NCBI GenBank assembly: GCA_030167865.1
Contig: JALAGF010000922.1
Coordinates: 1-41,514 of the forward strand
Direction: 5' to 3'
Length of the DNA stretch: 41,514 bases
Origin: Craspedostauros australis
Lineage: Eukaryota
Both the position numbers and the translations under genes were made by a program. The stretch's first letter is position 1, and every line of letters begins with the position of its first letter. Below the pieces are notes generated by a model. The model was not told the DNA's origin and did not search any database. It was given only the letters and a program-made list of their open reading frames with translations. This document shows, one piece after another, positions 17,369-26,537 of this stretch.

Positions 17369-20300
17369 ATGGCGATGCTTCTGCTGGCGTGCGTCCTGTC
17401 GTCGCAGGCTTTCTTCGGCGGCGTTGCCAACGGACGAGTGCTGTGCCGCGGCATGATGGCCAGCGCCTTTGAGATGAGCTTGAATCGATATTCTCATCCA
17501 CGCTTGCCAGGGCGTCACAGCCATAGCACGAGGCCGGATGCGGCGCTGCGATCGCCGTCCAGATTTGCCACGGGCCTCGCGTTGTCACCGCCTGCCGTTC
17601 AGGACCGTCCGCAGGCGCGCGCAACCTACGTGGATCCCGAGCAGCTCAAGCAGCTGCATTCCACCACCGATATCGTGGCCCTCATCGAGTCCTACAACTT
17701 GGAAGGCTTCCAGCGCCGCAACGGCAACAGGGGCATCTGCCTCTGCCCCTTCCACGACGACAACTCGCCCTCCTTGAACATCGACGGCGATCGCGGCATT
17801 TACAAGTGCTTCGCCTGCGGCGCGGGCGGCAACGCCATCCAGTTTGTGCGGGAGTACAGCAAGCTGCACGACACGCAAGAGATATCCTTCCTCGATGCGG
17901 TCGAGCTCATCAACGAGGATTTCAACGCGGGGCCTTCCATCCAAATTCACAGAGGCGCGTCGGGAGCGCACTCCAAGCTCTCGCAGGAGCAGCGCGACGA
18001 GATGGCCGCCAGGAAGGAACGCCATCTGCAAATCAACAAGGCCGCTGCACACTACTTTGCCAACAACCTCGCCACGGAACTCGCGGCCGGCGGCGCGCGC
18101 TATCATCTGCGAGAACGCGGTATAGGGGTTGCCACGACGCTGTCGTACACCATCGGATTCGCCAAGGATGCCTACAATTCAGATGATGGCGTGCGCCGCG
18201 ATTGGGCCAAAGCGGACAGTCTCGTCAACCATCTGCGCGGTTTGGGATTCACGCCACCCGAGATCCTTCATTCCGGTTTGGCATTTCGCATCAATTCCGA
18301 CAAGAACAAAAACAGGAACAAAGGTCAGAACAACCTCAACAACAACAACAACTTCAACAAAAACGACAGCAATGGTAAACCGCAACTTAGGAAACCTGGC
18401 AGCGGATCCAACGCCAACGACCCTGCAGCGACCAAACAGCTGCCTGTGGCGTACGGTGACCTCATGGATCGCTTCCGCGGACGTCTCATGGTGCCGATCT
18501 ACGACACCACGGGCAAGGAGGTCTTGGGCTTCGGAGGCAGGATCTTGGACGCCAAGCTCTCCAGCTCCCTCATGCAATCCACCAAGTACAAAAATCAGCC
18601 AAAGTACCTCAACAGCCCGGAATCCGCCATCTTCCAAAAGAAGAACATCCTCTTCAACTCTCACAGCGCGTCGGAAGCGATGAAGGAGAAGCTGCAATTG
18701 CACAAGATCAGATCACAGCTCGATCACGACCAGCCGGCCAAGACCAAATCTAAACGGGCCGCATCCGCCGACGGCGAAAAACCCTGCGTCATTATCGTCG
18801 AAGGCTACATGGATGCCATCACCATGCATCAGGAGGGCGTCTCCAACGTCGTTGCCAGCATGGGCACTGCGTTGACATCGGAACAGCTCTCGGCCGCGGC
18901 GGCTCTTGTCGCCTCTCGCAAGCAGCCCGGCACCGTCATCCTGTGCTTGGACAACGACGCGGCAGGCATCCTGGCGATGGAACGAGCCTGCAATTCCGGC
19001 ACGCTCTTTGCCGTCACGGATTCCAACCCCTTCGCCGCATTCCAAATTGCCACGCTTCCCGACAATTGCAAGGATCCTGCAGAATTCCTGGAACAGAAGG
19101 CACGAGCCATGCCCGCCGCCTCCAAAAAGAAAGCATCCACACCAGCCGACGCATTCCAAAAGCAAGTCATCGATAAGGCCAAAGACTGGATGGATTGGTA
19201 CTTGGAACGATTGCTGTCGGTCTACGACAAGGACGCGCCGCCCAACACCGCGGGCAGCGTCGGTGACATCTTCGAAAATGTCGCGAAATTCCTGTCCAAC
19301 ATTAAGAATCCGGCGGAACGCACCAAGCGGGCCTACCATTCGGCAACCATCATGGCGGCGCACCTGTCCGACGATAGCGACAGCGCTGCCTCGCGCACGA
19401 TCCTCGTCCAGCTGGAATCTGATCTCGTCGAACAGTCGTCACGCATTGCGAATGGCAAGCACCGCATACAGCAACGATCGACGGCGGGACATCGCGGCGG
19501 CACGTTTTCTCGAGGAATGAGCAGCTGGGATGAAGATGAGCTGGAGAAGCTCTCGACCAAGGCGCTGAAGAAGATCGCACCAGGGTTGGTGCCAAATCGA
19601 GCAAAGCCATCACAATCCAGGATTGTTGCCACATCCCAACGTGGACAGCGTCAGCAAATACAACCATCGCAGCCGTATTCATCAAAGGCACAGCCGATCC
19701 AACGCGTGCCTCCACAATCCATGCAACAGGCAAACCCCAACCAGCGCAGGTTCACACTCAAGAAGCAAAAGCCAGTCGAAATCGCACCTGGCGTCCCAAT
19801 CAAAGGCGTCAACGATCGCAGGTGGTTGGGCTGGGAGAAGGAGATGCCCAAGATCAAGACCGTCCGTGGACAAATGGCCAAGGCACTGTTCTTCGATTCT
19901 CCCGACTACAAAGGCAAATCCATCCTCACCGAAGTGGCACATCAAGCTGGGTACAATCAGCTGGCCCTGCCGAAAGCTGCGGCGGGTCAATCCCAGTCGC
20001 AGAAAGGAGGCCTGGCAACTGTGGCCGCCGCACAGGCTGATGCCGTCTCGTTGGCGTCAGAGGGGGAAACGTCGCTGCTCAATTTAATGGTCGACTTCCC
20101 ATCCTCGCGCAAGGCGCTGAGAATGACCATCGAGATGAATCAGGCCTTGGCCTCCACAACGAACGGCACACCACGACGCAGCGAATTGCTGTGGACATCA
20201 CCGGAACGGGCCTGGCTCTTCCAGCGGATGCTGGAATACGATGGTGTTCAAGGTAACTTGACATCCACGAAGGACAACGAATCGTTGAAATTTCGTGAAT

Positions 20301-21712
20301 ATCTCATGGGATTGGAAGATGCTCCGGAGGGAGCATTCCTGTTGGAAGTGGATGCCTTGATCGATGTTGAATCGCAGGCGGCTGATAAGGAAGCGGCGGT
20401 CAACGCGGAGGTCGTGGCGGACGGCGATGGCGACGAAGACAACGGCAACGAAGACTTCAGCCCTCTGGATGGCGATGTTGAGGAGTTGGATCTGGAAAAT
20501 GTGATCCTGACTGGCTTGAAGCCTATGGATCTAGAAACTGGAACAGGCGAGATCGTGGTTAGTACCGGGGACGACAGCGACGAGGAAATCGAAATAACCT
20601 CTCCACAAAACCAATCACAGCAAGAACAGGAGGTATCAAACGCTGACGATGAACTGACATTATCGTCAAAAGAACGACGCACGCTGGCCGCGTTCGGTGG
20701 CTACGAGGCTGACGGTCGGGCCGAGAGCATGGATCCTTCCGTGCTGTACGATATGAATGAGCAAGCCATGGCAAGCATAGAGCGTGAGAAGTCCAAGAGG
20801 TCCATAATGCAAAGCGATGACATGCGCGCGGCTCCTACAGCAGACGACGAGAGGGCCAAGTCTATCAGCCGATATCCGAGCCACCAGTTCAGTGCGCCGC
20901 AGCATCAGGAGCGGGCATTGGATGACGTGGATGATGGACCATCCCGACTCCTGTCCGCGGAGCGAGAGGAAATGATGAAATCCGTCAAGGAGGAGCAAGA
21001 TGAACGCAAGGCCAGCGCCATTCAGCACGTGCCCGTCCTGACACAACCACTGCGCTCCATTCAGCTCAAGTCGGGTCAGAAGATGGGCAGTCTCGATGGA
21101 TTCTTCTTCCGCAAACGGGATTCCCTGGGTGCCTTGCATCAGATGATGACGGCGAATACCAAAACTGCGGATCTCGCTGTGCAAGAAATATTCGCCACCC
21201 TTCTCGTGCAAACAGCGCGTCAGGAAATGGATGTCGCAAAGGCGGAGTTCGACGTCCGATCCGAGAAGGAAGAACGCGTGAAGCAGATCCTGAAGAGCGA
21301 GGAGGTGATGAAGATGAATGCGGAGGAGTTGGAGAAGCTTCGGGAATTGAAGGAGAAGCTGTCGAAGGCAACACGCGAGACGTTCCGACCGATCCAATCG
21401 ATGAGCCTGTCGATTTACAAGCTGGAGCAATCGAAGAAGAAGATCACGGAAGAGCTCGTGGTGATGAGATCCTCGATGCAAACGGCGCGGGAAGGCCACA
21501 TATCACGGTCGGAGAATGACAAGTTGCACACCAAGATCAACAATCACATGAAGGATGCGAAGAAGTGGTCGTTGGTCCCGATGGATGAGGATGATTCGTA
21601 CGAGGACTGCATGGAGCGGCTTGCGGACGATTGGGGTGACGCTTACTTTGATCATTCCGAGGTGCGGTCGCCGGCGGATGTCAGAGGGCAGCTGGAGCAG
21701 CCGATCGAATAG
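17369..21712 (+). CDS. dnaG: Bacterial-type DNA primase DnaG, nucleus-encoded and probably plastid-targeted (about 1447 aa)
   Basis: CHC2 zinc finger (CPFHDDNSPSL...YKCFACGAGGN), catalytic core (DRFRGRLMVPI, GFGGRIL, PKYLNSPES), TOPRIM (IIVEGYMD, VASMGTALT, LCLDNDAAG, KDPAEF). The ORF is open from 17117, but the signal peptide MAMLLLACVLSSQA|FF at ATG 17369 matches the ASAFAP-type plastid cleavage motif. Confidence 0.92.
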   Translation: MAMLLLACVLSSQAFFGGVANGRVLCRGMMASAFEMSLNRYSHPRLPGRHSHSTRPDAALRSPSRFATGLALSPPAVQDRPQARATYVDPEQLKQLHSTTDIVALIESYNLEGFQRRNGNRGICLCPFHDDNSPSLNIDGDRGIYKCFACGAGGNAIQFVREYSKLHDTQEISFLDAVELINEDFNAGPSIQIHRGASGAHSKLSQEQRDEMAARKERHLQINKAAAHYFANNLATELAAGGARYHLRERGIGVATTLSYTIGFAKDAYNSDDGVRRDWAKADSLVNHLRGLGFTPPEILHSGLAFRINSDKNKNRNKGQNNLNNNNNFNKNDSNGKPQLRKPGSGSNANDPAATKQLPVAYGDLMDRFRGRLMVPIYDTTGKEVLGFGGRILDAKLSSSLMQSTKYKNQPKYLNSPESAIFQKKNILFNSHSASEAMKEKLQLHKIRSQLDHDQPAKTKSKRAASADGEKPCVIIVEGYMDAITMHQEGVSNVVASMGTALTSEQLSAAAALVASRKQPGTVILCLDNDAAGILAMERACNSGTLFAVTDSNPFAAFQIATLPDNCKDPAEFLEQKARAMPAASKKKASTPADAFQKQVIDKAKDWMDWYLERLLSVYDKDAPPNTAGSVGDIFENVAKFLSNIKNPAERTKRAYHSATIMAAHLSDDSDSAASRTILVQLESDLVEQSSRIANGKHRIQQRSTAGHRGGTFSRGMSSWDEDELEKLSTKALKKIAPGLVPNRAKPSQSRIVATSQRGQRQQIQPSQPYSSKAQPIQRVPPQSMQQANPNQRRFTLKKQKPVEIAPGVPIKGVNDRRWLGWEKEMPKIKTVRGQMAKALFFDSPDYKGKSILTEVAHQAGYNQLALPKAAAGQSQSQKGGLATVAAAQADAVSLASEGETSLLNLMVDFPSSRKALRMTIEMNQALASTTNGTPRRSELLWTSPERAWLFQRMLEYDGVQGNLTSTKDNESLKFREYLMGLEDAPEGAFLLEVDALIDVESQAADKEAAVNAEVVADGDGDEDNGNEDFSPLDGDVEELDLENVILTGLKPMDLETGTGEIVVSTGDDSDEEIEITSPQNQSQQEQEVSNADDELTLSSKERRTLAAFGGYEADGRAESMDPSVLYDMNEQAMASIEREKSKRSIMQSDDMRAAPTADDERAKSISRYPSHQFSAPQHQERALDDVDDGPSRLLSAEREEMMKSVKEEQDERKASAIQHVPVLTQPLRSIQLKSGQKMGSLDGFFFRKRDSLGALHQMMTANTKTADLAVQEIFATLLVQTARQEMDVAKAEFDVRSEKEERVKQILKSEEVMKMNAEELEKLRELKEKLSKATRETFRPIQSMSLSIYKLEQSKKKITEELVVMRSSMQTAREGHISRSENDKLHTKINNHMKDAKKWSLVPMDEDDSYEDCMERLADDWGDAYFDHSEVRSPADVRGQLEQPIE

Positions 21713-21950
21713 CACAGCCAGTACCGCCAATCCATATACGACCAATGAAGCGGGAACGGTGCAGAGGCAATCGCTATTATCGCTGCGACTGCCAAGGGAT
21801 GGTAAAATCCGCAGTCCGATGACGACGTTCTAAACTAATCCATCCTTTTGGGAGACGAACATTCATTGGTCTGTGGAAGATCAGTGTGCGAGAGTGCTGC
21901 TCATGTTTATTGTCGAAGCAAGATACCAGCCCACCTGTGGGGAGTGTTCA

Positions 21951-22604
21951 TCATCTGAAAGCCGGTCCATCGTCATCTGCCTCCGACAACCCCGGATACG
22001 GAATGTCAACGTCCTGCGTTTGGGGCCAACCCAGCCGCTCCCGAATGTCTTGCTCCCGCTGCTGCCGCCGTCGACAGTTGTGAAGAAATCGCTGAAAGCT
22101 CCTGACGTCGTCATTCATCTCAGTGGCGCCTGACTGAGGCACGGCCTGAACGGCAGGACAGATGGTCCGCGCCGCGAGACTGCGGCCTGGCACCAACGGC
22201 GCCGTCTCCCAATCCTTGCGCATCGTGGGCACTTCCCCGTTGAGCAGGAACAACGTCGACGACACGCCCACGGCCGCGCTGATCAAGACATCCGTCAACC
22301 GATCCAACGACTGCTGCGCGGCCTGCTTTGCCGCATCCGCAAATTGTGGTGGTGGTCGCCGCCGTAATCGAAAGTTGGCCCAGACGATGACGGCCGCACC
22401 GATGCCACCGTAGAAGGGCAGGACGTATCGGTGCAATCGATCCTTTTCCGCCGCGTATTTGGCGGCATCGGCGCCGAAGTACCATGTCGACGGGAGTCCT
22501 GCGAAGAAGCTGAGGATTCCGCTAGTTGACGCTGCCCAATAAATGTCGGGTGTGATCTTGGATCCAGCATCGTCGTTTTCGTTGTTGTTGGTGTGATTCG
22601 TCAT
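21951..22604 (-). CDS. Hypothetical membrane protein (about 217 aa, 2-3 TM segments)
   Basis: Within ORF 21951-22802; likely start MTNHTNNN at 22604 after an AC-rich leader. Hydrophobic segments VLPFYGGIGAAVIVWA and VLISAAVGVSSTLFLL, C-terminal PLVPGRS...CP...FLHNCRRR...VDIPYPG. Coding-like GC3. Confidence 0.72.
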   Translation of the reverse strand: MTNHTNNNENDDAGSKITPDIYWAASTSGILSFFAGLPSTWYFGADAAKYAAEKDRLHRYVLPFYGGIGAAVIVWANFRLRRRPPPQFADAAKQAAQQSLDRLTDVLISAAVGVSSTLFLLNGEVPTMRKDWETAPLVPGRSLAARTICPAVQAVPQSGATEMNDDVRSFQRFLHNCRRRQQREQDIRERLGWPQTQDVDIPYPGLSEADDDGPAFR

Positions 22605-23954
22605 ATCTGTTTGGTTGTTTGTTTGGTTGGTGCTGCAGGTTTGGCATTGATTGTGCATCGATTGTGCATCGATTGGGATGGAGTTGGGATGGAGTTGGGA
22701 GTGTGGTATCCTTGGACTGTCTTTGTGGATCCAGGATGCCTCCCTCCTTGATGTTGTCCAGGTAGATGCGTGGCAACACACCAAACACATCAAGCACATC
22801 AAGATGACATCAACCTTCGCCGACGCAGGGACGGGTTCTCATCCCGCTTGACAAACTGGACTCATTGAACGAGAATTGCCAAACCGAATCATTGGACCCA
22901 AAACGAGAATTCAAATTTTCATTTCGGATTTCCGTTAGATGTGTTTCCTGCGCGGGCCTCGTCACGACGTTAATTGATGGGGTGTGCCGTCGCTGGTTGG
23001 CTGTTCGGATCACGCCGGCATGCCTCAGTTTTTAGAGTGGAAATTCGGAACATCGCGCCTCTCTTGTTGGAGTGACAAGTCATGTGCTCCGTTGTCCGCG
23101 TCTGCGTCGTTGTCTTTGGTCTTTGTGACTGTCGTTGTCGTTGGGGCTGTCGCTCCAGTTGTCTTTGTTACCGGCGTGTCTTTGCGGTTTGTCGTTGGTG
23201 TCGCTGTTGTCGTTTTCGTGGTCGTTTTTTCTGAAAAGAAGTCGAAGAAAAATCAATCAGAGAGAAGCCATCATCGCCTTTGATCATCTGCAGAACAGCA
23301 TTCGGCCAGAACGCAGAGCGCGAGCTACGGCAGGGAGTAGAGAGTCGAGAGCTGAGGGTGGCTGCTCTACTGGGTATTCATGCATGCGCAGCAGAGTACC
23401 GCTCTCCACCAAACGAACACTCCACTTCGCGAGTTGTAGAACCCGCAGCAGTCGAAGCAGTTCCATCAGTTGCACCAGTCACACAGCTGCGACTCCAACT
23501 TCCACCTCATCATCTCCCAAGTCTTCCTTCCTTGTCTTCCGCATCCACGACATCCATCATCACATCATCGCATCGATCTTCCGCTGTTGACATTGTTGAC
23601 TTCTGTTGACAGTGCCGACATTGTTGGCATCGCTGACATTCGCATTTGCGGAGGCCATCATCATCATCATTGTTTTTCGAAAGAGCGCTGAGCAGCAGAC
23701 CTTTGGCTTGAGAGGTTGAGATTGAGATAGAGACAGCAGGGCATCGAGTACTCGGACAGCACAGTGGAGATCGTTATACTTCGAAGCGCGGCACGGAAGC
23801 AGCCGAACAAGCAGGACAGAACGCATTCGTCTTGTGCAGTATCGCATCGTCTCATATCCCATCATATCATATCACACGATAGAGCAGTGCAAAGAAAGCC
23901 CCGTTGAAGCAACTCGGAGCCAGGCAGACAGAAACAGAACAACCAAGATCGACG

Positions 23955-26189
23955 ATGGATCCCCATTCAGCTTCCGCGTTGCCGCAGGTTGATGATGGCG
24001 GCGTGGCCGCTCCGCCGCAAACCGCAGCATCCACCGCACCGGGTCCTCATCCCGCCATGCCGGATGATGTAGCAGCAGCCCACGCCAATAATGAGGCGCA
24101 GGATGGCATCCCGCCGCAGCAGGTCTTCGTCAATGCACCATCCATGGCGGGCCTCACGTCCCAGTTCCAGACCTTCGGTCTCGACGGTGCGGAACAACAA
24201 CAGATGCCCGCCAATGCCAAGCACGAAGGCTCCGATCTGCAGGAGGACACGGAGACCGACACGACCGCAACGCAGCAGGAACAGGCGGATCATCCGCTCA
24301 AGCTTTTCGTCGGTCAGGTATGTATTGGCATGGCAACCTCATTGCATTGCCAACCCATCCGCAAAAATTTGGGCAAAGGATTTGTTTGTCGTTGTTTGGG
24401 ACAACCGCAAGTCACGATTCGTTGTGTCGAATTCGCCTCGAACCATGTACTCACATTTTGGCGTTCCCCGTCTGTTTGCCGACCACTCCGCATGCATCGT
24501 GTATCGCTCTATCGGTACTCCACACATGCATGATGGATATGACTCATTCCGAAACAACAACGACATACCACAATCACAACCACAACAGGTACCGAAGAGC
24601 ATGAACGAGGAGGACATCTTCCCAACATTCGACAAGTTCGGTCCCCTCAAGGACGTCGTCATCATCCGCGACAGGAACACCAACGTCCACAAGGGCTGCG
24701 CCTTCGTCACCTACTGGTCGCGTCTCGATGGTGAACAGGCACGCGAGAAATTGCACGACAAGTTCAAGTTTCCAGGTGCCAGAAGGCCGGCGCAGGTCAA
24801 GCCAGCATCACCTGCCAACAGAAGTATGTGTCATCTCTTTGTCTGTGTGAATTCGTTTTTGAAATGATGTGTTGCTGCGTGCATTGTCCAACCTGCGTAC
24901 GAGCATATATGCAAGCCCTGCTTCAACGCCTCACACATGATCCCGTCGCACTCGCAATCCATCCATCACATCATCACACTCGCAGCCCCTGAAAACAAGC
25001 TGTTCATCGGCATGCTCTCGAGAACTGCAGGCGAAGACGAAGTGCGGGAGCTCTTCGCTCCCTTCGGAGAGATTCGGGAGATCTACATGATCCGCAACCA
25101 TGACGGCACCAGCAAGTGCGCAGCATTCTTGAGATTTGTGGAACGCGACTCGGCGGTGGAGGCAATTCAGAAGCTCCACAGCAACATCGTGATGGACGGA
25201 GCCACGAGACCGCTCATCGTCAAGTTCGCCGACACCAAGCAGCAGCGACAGCAACGGTACCTCAGGAACGTGCGCCGTCAGGAGATGATGGCCGCCATGA
25301 ACACGCCAGGATACGGACCCGGCGGATACGCGCAGATCCCACCAACCCTCCCCATCAACATGCACCAAGCACCGCACGAGACACAGCACTACCCCATGCA
25401 GCACCATCAGCCATACGGCCACTACGCAGGCAACAGGCAACCACCGCACCCGCATGCGCCGCCCCATCCATACATGTACGCCCCGCAGCAATTCGGTCCC
25501 ATGCCTCCGTACAACTACACCAACAACCGAGTCAACCCGAGGCCCAACAACCCGCGTCCGCGCGAGGGACCCGCAGGCGCCAATCTATTCGTCTACCATC
25601 TCCCGCACGATCTCACGGACGCCGATTTGGCCACCGCCTTTAATCCCTTCGGAAATGTCATCAGCGCCAAGGTCTACGTCGACAAGATAACAGGCGAGAG
25701 CAAGGGTTTTGGTAAGTCTTTGCGATGTTGGATCAACGAGGATGCGTGCTGTAACTGTATCTTCTTTTCAGCATTGCCTCACACCAGCTTTCATTCATTC
25801 ATTATATTGCATCAGGCTTCGTGTCGTACGATTCCGTGATTTCGGCGGAATCGGCCATCGAGCACATGAACGGATTTCAGATCGGCACCAAGAGGCTCAA
25901 GGTCCAGCACAAGCGCGTGCACAACAACCACGGCGGCGGCGGTGGTGGTAACAATCCCAACCCCAACAATCCACCACCCAACGCTGGCCCGGTCCCCATG
26001 GGACAACCAGCCGGCATGCCACCGCAGGGCATGCTCAACCCAGCCATGCCACACCATCCGCAGCAATCACATCTGCTGGTGATGCCACCGCAACAACAGC
26101 AACCGCAGCACATGGCGCCGCAGCCACCCATTTCGGGATTGAAGCACGGACAGCCCGGCCTCCCGTCGCCATCGATGCCGCTGGTATAA
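23955..26189 (+). CDS. CELF: CELF/Bruno/CUGBP-family RNA-binding protein with three RRMs, 4 exons
   Basis: Exons 23955-24317, 24589-24823, 24986-25711, 25816-26189. All introns are GT-AG and phase-compatible. Splicing gives KLFVGQ|VPKS...HKGCAFVTY (RRM1), KLFIGML...SKCAAFLRF...PLIVKFADT (RRM2), [15 protein letters not shown]...SKGF|GFVSYD...[17 protein letters not shown] (RRM3). Confidence 0.95.
24318..24588 (+). other. Intron 1 of the CELF gene (271 bp)
   Basis: GTATGT...CACAACAG, phase 0, splits the RNP2 motif LFVGQ|VP. Confidence 0.9.
24824..24985 (+). other. Intron 2 of the CELF gene (162 bp)
   Basis: GTATGT...CTCGCAG, phase 1, joins the RRM1 and RRM2 exons in frame. Confidence 0.85.
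25712..25815 (+). other. Intron 3 of the CELF gene (104 bp)
   Basis: GTAAGT...CATCAG, phase 1, restores KGFGFVSY (RNP1 of RRM3). Confidence 0.92.
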
Positions 26190-26537
26190 ACAGCAAGGCG
26201 AGCGAGTGAGTGAGTGAATGAAACCCTATCCTACTCCACTATATGTGTTATCTATATCCCCCATCCTTTCGGTAGTACACGAAAACCACAGTTAAGAAGT
26301 CAACAAATAACAAATTGTCAATGCAATCTACATACGACCTGGCCGTTTCGAGTGGAAGAGAATATTAAACACAAGCATCGCAGTGCCTCGCCATCATGTA
26401 AAGCATATTAGCTGTCGAGACATCAAAGACCCACCGGAAGTACAACACTTCGATGAAATCAAAGTCTCTCTATTGTAGTAGTATTTCTATTTGCGTCCCC
26501 TCTGTGCGTCTCTTGTATGCTAGCTCGTACAAGCATT

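Noticed and set aside
17369..21712. Bacterial contamination or prophage as the source of dnaG
   Set aside because: The gene has a eukaryotic targeting leader, poly-Asn inserts and host-like codon usage, and sits among intron-containing genes with no rpsU/rpoD context.
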